Assembly (NCBI GenBank): GCA_018828585.1
Contig: JAHJVW010000080.1
Location: 10,931-74,930, forward strand
From: Bacteroidota bacterium
Lineage (GTDB): Bacteria > Bacteroidota > Bacteroidia > Sphingobacteriales > Sphingobacteriaceae
Direction: 5' to 3'
Length of the DNA: 64,000 nucleotides
The notes beneath the pieces are model-generated. The model was given only the letters and a program-made list of their open reading frames with translations. It was not told the DNA's origin and did not search any database. Shown here in pieces: positions 58,878-64,000 of the stretch. The position numbers and the translations under genes are program-made. The first letter of the stretch is position 1. Each line of letters starts with the position of its first letter.

Positions 58878-61312
58878 GTAGTTTTAGCTTCTTTAGATCT
58901 TCTAAATATAGACAACAAGAAACCTATTACCATCATTATAGTACCACCCCAAAACAAATTGATATAAGGAAATTCAATCGCTTTTAAAACTATCCAATCT
59001 TTCTTCTCCGACTTTGGTTTTTCGTAAACAGTGAGTTCCAATTTTCCTTTATCTGGAAGCACATTTGTGAACCTTAATTTCAATCCAGCTTCATCAACAG
59101 TTTTTCCAAAATCAACTTTTGTATTTCCTTTAATTAAGAAGATAGGTTCTGCTTCAAATTTTTTATTTGCTGAAAGAACTTCTAAATTCATTCCAATAGC
59201 TGCATCACCTTTTTCGAGCGGAATATCTTTAATGGTGGCATTTCTGTTGATTGATTTAACAACAATTTGTCCTTCTCTAAAACGAACCGTATCACCAACT
59301 ATCACTTCATGAACCACTGGTGGAAGGTATGACTCATCATCTGAATGTCCTTCATGGTCGTGATTATCTTCTTTTAGCGGCACACTACTTACGTGTGTAT
59401 AAATATCATGAAACAAATAATGCTTGGTATCAGGGGACGCTATAATTTGCTGCATCTTGGCATTTTGTTGTGCATTTGGATATAAATCAAAGTTCTCCTT
59501 AATTTTATCTCCATCATAAACCTTATAATTTACTCTGTAATAGGTATTCACACCTGATGTAGAGTCACCCATATAAGTCACGGTGTACTTATCCATTTTT
59601 ATAGGTTCATTCTTGTATAAAATGATATTCTCCCTCGGGTTATTACTCTTAGCAAATTCGTTCCCAAAACCTATACCGGTATTATTTACTGATATAACCT
59701 TATTGTTTGCTGCAGCTATTAATGCCCCAACTAGAATAAAGGCAAAACCAATGTGTGCCACCGCAGAACCTGCTAATTTCCATTTACCTTTAAGTGCTTC
59801 TCCTAATAATTTGGCATTACAAAGTATCGAGAATATTGCCGCCCAAGTTAAAAGAATGTACATGAAATTGTGGTATATATCAGTAAAATAAACCACAACA
59901 GCTGTTAAAAGAACTGCAACAACAAACGATACACTTAAGCTAATGAAGAATTTTCGTGTGTCTGTTTTCTTATATTTTAAAAACTGAGAAAATGCAGAAA
60001 TGGTCGCAATTGCAAATGCAAAAGCTATCTGCCATTTATTATAATGTTGGATTAAATTGGTTGGTGGCGCAATTGAAGTTCCGAAAATTTTATTATAAAC
60101 AGGTATAGATGTCGTCGCTAATATTTGAATACAAGAGACAACCAATACAATTGATCCAATAAAAAGCCAGAATTCTCTGGAATAAGTTTCTTCGTCCTTT
60201 TTAGTAATGGGAAGTTTTTTCCAGTTGATGATGATTAAAACAGCCGCTAAAACGATAAAAGCAAACATATAAATCAATAACTGACCTGACATTCCTAAAT
60301 CCGTAAATGCATGAACCGAGGTGTCACCTAAAATTCCACTTCTGGTTAAGAAAGAAGCATATAAAACTAATATGAAACTGATAATGATCAGAAATAAGGC
60401 AGTAAAATAAGAATGACCAGAATTCTTATAGGCAATCATCACGTGTAAGCCAGCTATCAAAGTAATCCAAGGTAATATGGATGCATTCTCTACTGGATCC
60501 CAAGCCCAAAAACCTCCAAAGTTTAGCGCTTCATAAGCCCAAAAAGAACCCATAATTATTCCTGTACCTAAAATCATTACAGCAAATAATACCCAAGGCA
60601 TTGCTGGCTTTACCCATTCAGCATAACGTTTCTGCCAAAGGGCGGCAATTCCATAAGCAAAAGGGACAACCATTGATGCAAACCCTAAAAACAAAGTAGG
60701 TGGATGAATCACCATCCAATAATTCTGTAACAATGGATTTAAACCATTTCCATCTTGTATCAGTGATAGATAATCTGCTCTCGAAAAAATAGGACCCTCT
60801 ACTACGTCTCTCAATAGTACAAAAGGAGACGAGCCGATTTTAGCTCCAAAAATCTCTACTCCTAAAAGCATGGTTGCTAAGAAAACCTGAGATAGGGAAA
60901 TAACTGTCATAACAGAATTTTCCCATGATTTTGCTTTAACTATTAGGATACAGCCCAAAACTGCTTGCCAAAAAGTCCAAAGCCAAAAACTACCTTCCTG
61001 ACCTTCCCAAAAACAGGAAATTATATAGTAAACTGGTAAAGTTTTGGAGGAGTGTGCCCAGGCGTAATGGTATTCAAAATAGTGGCTATAAATAATGTAA
61101 AACAAACAAGCACCTATTCCGATCACTGCAAAAAGGTTTAAGCGATAGGCTAAGCGACCTAGTTTTTGCCAAGAATTGTCACTTTGATTTTTATTATTTG
61201 CAGCAAAAAAATAGCTTAATAAAGCAATTAAAGATGTACCAAAGGAAAGAATAATAAAGAACTGACCGAGTTTTCCCGGCAATAGGTGTTCACCTACAAA
61301 CTGTGTATCCAT
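58874..61312 (-). CDS. ccmF: Cytochrome c biogenesis heme lyase, CcmF-type
   Basis: WEGQEGSF..W, IHPPTLFLG, WWD motif GGFWAWDPVEN, RSG...SVHAF. Confidence 0.9.
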   Translation of the reverse strand: MDTQFVGEHLLPGKLGQFFIILSFGTSLIALLSYFFAANNKNQSDNSWQKLGRLAYRLNLFAVIGIGACLFYIIYSHYFEYHYAWAHSSKTLPVYYIISCFWEGQEGSFWLWTFWQAVLGCILIVKAKSWENSVMTVISLSQVFLATMLLGVEIFGAKIGSSPFVLLRDVVEGPIFSRADYLSLIQDGNGLNPLLQNYWMVIHPPTLFLGFASMVVPFAYGIAALWQKRYAEWVKPAMPWVLFAVMILGTGIIMGSFWAYEALNFGGFWAWDPVENASILPWITLIAGLHVMIAYKNSGHSYFTALFLIIISFILVLYASFLTRSGILGDTSVHAFTDLGMSGQLLIYMFAFIVLAAVLIIINWKKLPITKKDEETYSREFWLFIGSIVLVVSCIQILATTSIPVYNKIFGTSIAPPTNLIQHYNKWQIAFAFAIATISAFSQFLKYKKTDTRKFFISLSVSFVVAVLLTAVVVYFTDIYHNFMYILLTWAAIFSILCNAKLLGEALKGKWKLAGSAVAHIGFAFILVGALIAAANNKVISVNNTGIGFGNEFAKSNNPRENIILYKNEPIKMDKYTVTYMGDSTSGVNTYYRVNYKVYDGDKIKENFDLYPNAQQNAKMQQIIASPDTKHYLFHDIYTHVSSVPLKEDNHDHEGHSDDESYLPPVVHEVIVGDTVRFREGQIVVKSINRNATIKDIPLEKGDAAIGMNLEVLSANKKFEAEPIFLIKGNTKVDFGKTVDEAGLKLRFTNVLPDKGKLELTVYEKPKSEKKDWIVLKAIEFPYINLFWGGTIMMVIGFLLSIFRRSKEAKTT

Positions 61313-61321
61313 TAAGAAATA

Positions 61322-61729
61322 TTAACTTTTTATTTGGGCTTTAACTTCTGTAATTTCGATTTTATCCTTAGTATATTTAGAAGGGCATTTCATCAGAATT
61401 TTATTAGCATGGAAAGCACCATTATCCATCTGTCCCGTTAAAACGATTTGTTCAGAACGCTCGAAATCTTGTGGTTTAGTACCGGTGAATTCGACTTTAC
61501 ATTCTTTGCCTTTATTATCCACCATATAAAATGAGAAATAGTTTGCGTCCTGTTGCGGATTATAAACCATTTCTTTTTTCTTATTTAATTTACCAACAAC
61601 ATGTAATTCCTTTTGCGTTTCTTGTGCATCAGTGAAAGAACCATAAGTACTGCTATCAGCATAAGTGCTGATAATTACCCCAATAGTGATGGCTATGATC
61701 ACCATTCCTACAATCGAACTCTTTTTCAT
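61322..61729 (-). CDS. ccmE: Heme chaperone CcmE, CxxxY type
   Basis: N-terminal TM, OB-fold (PQDF..S.Q.VLTG), LMKCPSKY. Confidence 0.88.
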   Translation of the reverse strand: MKKSSIVGMVIIAITIGVIISTYADSSTYGSFTDAQETQKELHVVGKLNKKKEMVYNPQQDANYFSFYMVDNKGKECKVEFTGTKPQDFERSEQIVLTGQMDNGAFHANKILMKCPSKYTKDKIEITEVKAQIKS

Positions 61730-61849
61730 GTGTTTAATTTTTTTAGATTATGCCTAACAATCATCAAATCAAATGATAAACGTTTGAATTTATTATTTCT
61801 TCTAATAAAATTTAAGAACACAAAAATACAAAACCTAAAGTCTAAGCCG

Positions 61850-61857
61850 CAAATATA
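61850..61857 (-). promoter_or_regulatory. -7 promoter element for the ccmE operon
   Basis: TATATTTG(C) about 120 nt upstream of ccmE. Confidence 0.45.
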
Positions 61858-61904
61858 ACAAGATTGTTATCTTATTAAGAAACATTCTAAATAATGAAAA
61901 TATT

Positions 61905-62714
61905 CTATTTTTTATCCCAAATATTTTTGAGGGTAAGATTAATCTTATCTCCGAAGAAAAGTCTTGTACTGGTTTCAAATGCACTCGTTTTATCGGAAAC
62001 AAAAAACTGATGTTTAGGTTTTTCAGTGGAGGTATTTAAAAGATTCAAACTTGCCAGCTTCCTTTTAACATCATCTGCAACAATTTCGGCAGTATTTAAA
62101 ATATCCACTTTCCCCTTGTAAAACTCGTTGATCTCGTTTCTAATCAATGGGTAATGTGTACATGCTAAAATCAATGAATCAATATTTTTCAATTTTGAAG
62201 ATGACAAATAGGTATTGATAATGGTTTTACTGATGTTATTATTAAAAAAACCTTCTTCGATCATAGGCGCTAGTAAAGGCGTAGCAAAAGATTTTACGTT
62301 TATGTTTGGCAAAGCCAAATTTAATTTTTGGGCATAAACATCAGATTTGATTGTTGCTTTTGTGGCTATAACTCCAATTTTATGATAGTTAGGTTGACGA
62401 CCACAAAATTCAACGACTGGGTCAATCACATTTAAAATTGGCAAATCATCTCCCAGAAAATCTTTCAAATCCTGATATCCTAATGACGAGGCTGTATTAC
62501 AAGCAATTACAATAGCTTTACATCCTTGCTCCTGCAAGAACTTCCCGATTTTTAAACTATAATATTTAATCGCTTCCTCTGATTTGTCGCCGTAAGGCAT
62601 GTGAGCAGTATCTCCAAAGTAAATCAAGCTTTCATTAGGCAAAACATTTCTAATCGCATTCGCAACTGTTAAACCACCAATTCCCGAATCAAAAATACCA
62701 ATAGGACGCTGCAT
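61905..62714 (-). CDS. murI: Glutamate racemase
   Basis: IGIFDSGIGGLTV, ACNTAS, LACTHYP. Confidence 0.96.
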   Translation of the reverse strand: MQRPIGIFDSGIGGLTVANAIRNVLPNESLIYFGDTAHMPYGDKSEEAIKYYSLKIGKFLQEQGCKAIVIACNTASSLGYQDLKDFLGDDLPILNVIDPVVEFCGRQPNYHKIGVIATKATIKSDVYAQKLNLALPNINVKSFATPLLAPMIEEGFFNNNISKTIINTYLSSSKLKNIDSLILACTHYPLIRNEINEFYKGKVDILNTAEIVADDVKRKLASLNLLNTSTEKPKHQFFVSDKTSAFETSTRLFFGDKINLTLKNIWDKK

Positions 62715-62778
62715 CTATATATGTTAATGCTTAAAGCTAAAGCCTTGAAGCGATTAAAACGAAAGTACAATTTAAAAC

Positions 62779-62817
62779 AAAAATGCGAAACTGAAATCTA
62801 TTCAGTTTCGCATTTTT
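62779..62817 (-). terminator. Terminator after skp
   Basis: AAAAATGCGAAACTGAA / TTCAGTTTCGCATTTTT. Confidence 0.85.
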
Positions 62818-62870
62818 AATAGTTTCCAGCTTTTGACTCCCGATAATATGGAGAAAGCTTCAGACATTTT

Positions 62871-63383
62871 TTATTTAACTCCTAATTTTGCTTTAACATC
62901 AGCCATAATATCAATACCGCCATCGAAGTAAACAATACCAGGTTGTGTTGTATCAAAAACATAAGCATAACCTTTTTCTTTTGCCACTACTTTTACTGCA
63001 TCTTCCGCTTTCTTAAGAATTGGATCATAAAGCTCACTTCTTTTCTTTTCGAAATTATCACTTGCTTTTTGTTGATATTCTTGAATACGAGTTTGTAAAT
63101 CCTGAATTTCTTTAATTCTGGTTTCTTTCATTGCATCACTCAAAGTTTTCTCTGCTGTTTGAAAAGCTTGCACTTTTGCTTGATATTCTGTGTACATGGT
63201 TTTTCCATCTGCATCCAAAGTGCTTTTGTAAGTTTCTAATTGCTTATCAGCATTAACAACTTCGGGCATTGCCTTAATTAATTCCGCAGAATTAATATGA
63301 GCAATTTTCTGTTGAGCACTTACTAGGTTTGCTGTAAATAATAAACCTCCTGCTACTAAAACAATCTTAAATAATTTTTTCAT
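62871..63383 (-). CDS. skp: OmpH/Skp periplasmic chaperone
   Basis: Signal peptide, KIAHINS, coiled coil, YAYVFD...DI...V. Confidence 0.9.
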   Translation of the reverse strand: MKKLFKIVLVAGGLLFTANLVSAQQKIAHINSAELIKAMPEVVNADKQLETYKSTLDADGKTMYTEYQAKVQAFQTAEKTLSDAMKETRIKEIQDLQTRIQEYQQKASDNFEKKRSELYDPILKKAEDAVKVVAKEKGYAYVFDTTQPGIVYFDGGIDIMADVKAKLGVK

Positions 63384-63433
63384 TTTTTGATTTTGTGTAT
63401 TAATTTGATTTTACGATTTTAAAATAAATATTG

Positions 63434-63961
63434 CTATTTAGCAAATGATCCTGGCTTATAACCCATTCTGGTAATAATATCATTAGTACCATCAAACGTT
63501 GATCTTGCAAATAATAGTGTAACTGTACTTTTATCGATGATGATATCTATACTTTCGCTGTTTGCATAATCTTCAACAGCTTTAGCTACTCTATCTTGTA
63601 TAGGTTTGATTAATCTTATCTTTTGGTTGAATAATTCGCCTTGAAAACCAAAACGTTGTTGCTGTGAATCAATCGCTTCTTTTTCTCTTTTTTCTATTTC
63701 AGTTTCCCTTTGCTTTTTCATGGCATCAGTTAATAAAACCCTATCTGCTTGATATTCTTTTTGCATCTTGTTAACTTCAGCAAATTTAACATCAATTTCT
63801 TTCTGCCACTGCTCTGCTAAGGCATCTAATTGCTTTTGTGCCGAAGAATATTCGGGAATATGTTTTAATATATACTCTGAGTCTACATAAGCAACTCGTT
63901 GTGCAAAGGCAGCTGCGCCAAGCATAACGAACAATATGGACAGAATAATATATTTTCTCAT
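63434..63961 (-). CDS. skp: OmpH/Skp periplasmic chaperone (paralogue)
   Basis: QRVAYVDSEYIL, coiled coil, LIKPIQD, DIIIDK. Confidence 0.9.
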   Translation of the reverse strand: MRKYIILSILFVMLGAAAFAQRVAYVDSEYILKHIPEYSSAQKQLDALAEQWQKEIDVKFAEVNKMQKEYQADRVLLTDAMKKQRETEIEKREKEAIDSQQQRFGFQGELFNQKIRLIKPIQDRVAKAVEDYANSESIDIIIDKSTVTLLFARSTFDGTNDIITRMGYKPGSFAK

Positions 63962-63967
63962 TAAATA

Positions 63968-64000
63968 TTAATTAAAACCGCCTAGCTGTTGTGCAATACT
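63968..64000 (-). CDS. bamA: C-terminus of a probable BamA (gene runs off the window end)
   Basis: Reads SIAQQLGGFN*; identity rests only on the bamA-skp-skp-murI order typical of Bacteroidetes. Confidence 0.55.
   Translation of the reverse strand, partial: SIAQQLGGFN

Overview
AT-rich Bacteroidetes chromosome segment. Gene content, TAnnTTTG promoters and the absence of SD motifs point to Sphingobacteriaceae (Pedobacter-like); this taxonomy is an inference. It is mostly housekeeping DNA, with no transposase, integrase, phage, CRISPR, rRNA or tRNA recognised. In order: partial nitrilase; a three-gene cytoplasmic signalling cassette whose first kinase carries about 17 copies of a 21-aa coiled-coil repeat; S9 peptidase; ABM and TPR proteins; an alpha-glucan/maltodextrin cluster (GH13, pgmB, GH65, GH13, MFS, GH31, glgB); LuxE-like; tyrS; AcpH-like; PorV-like; L,D-transpeptidase; hpf; the complete his operon; WD40; DUF4294-gpx-bshB1; rel-fur-purA; M28 peptidase; ferredoxin and LuxC-like reductase; ftsE; grpE-dnaJ; ABC-2 transporter; ppx; maf; PA2169; kdsC; ccmE-ccmF-DUF2520-fdx-iscX; murI; two skp genes; bamA C-terminus. 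Highlights: (1) an unannotated His-rich leader peptide (MKRLLTTLHHLHHHHCGDVI) before hisG with no canonical attenuator; (2) a ParE/RelE-type toxin-antitoxin pair spliced between hisF and hisIE with overlapping start/stop codons; (3) a histidine kinase whose repeat looks like a tandemly amplified S-helix; (4) two kinds of structured intergenic elements at operon junctions; (5) a possible uORF/terminator switch before ppx.
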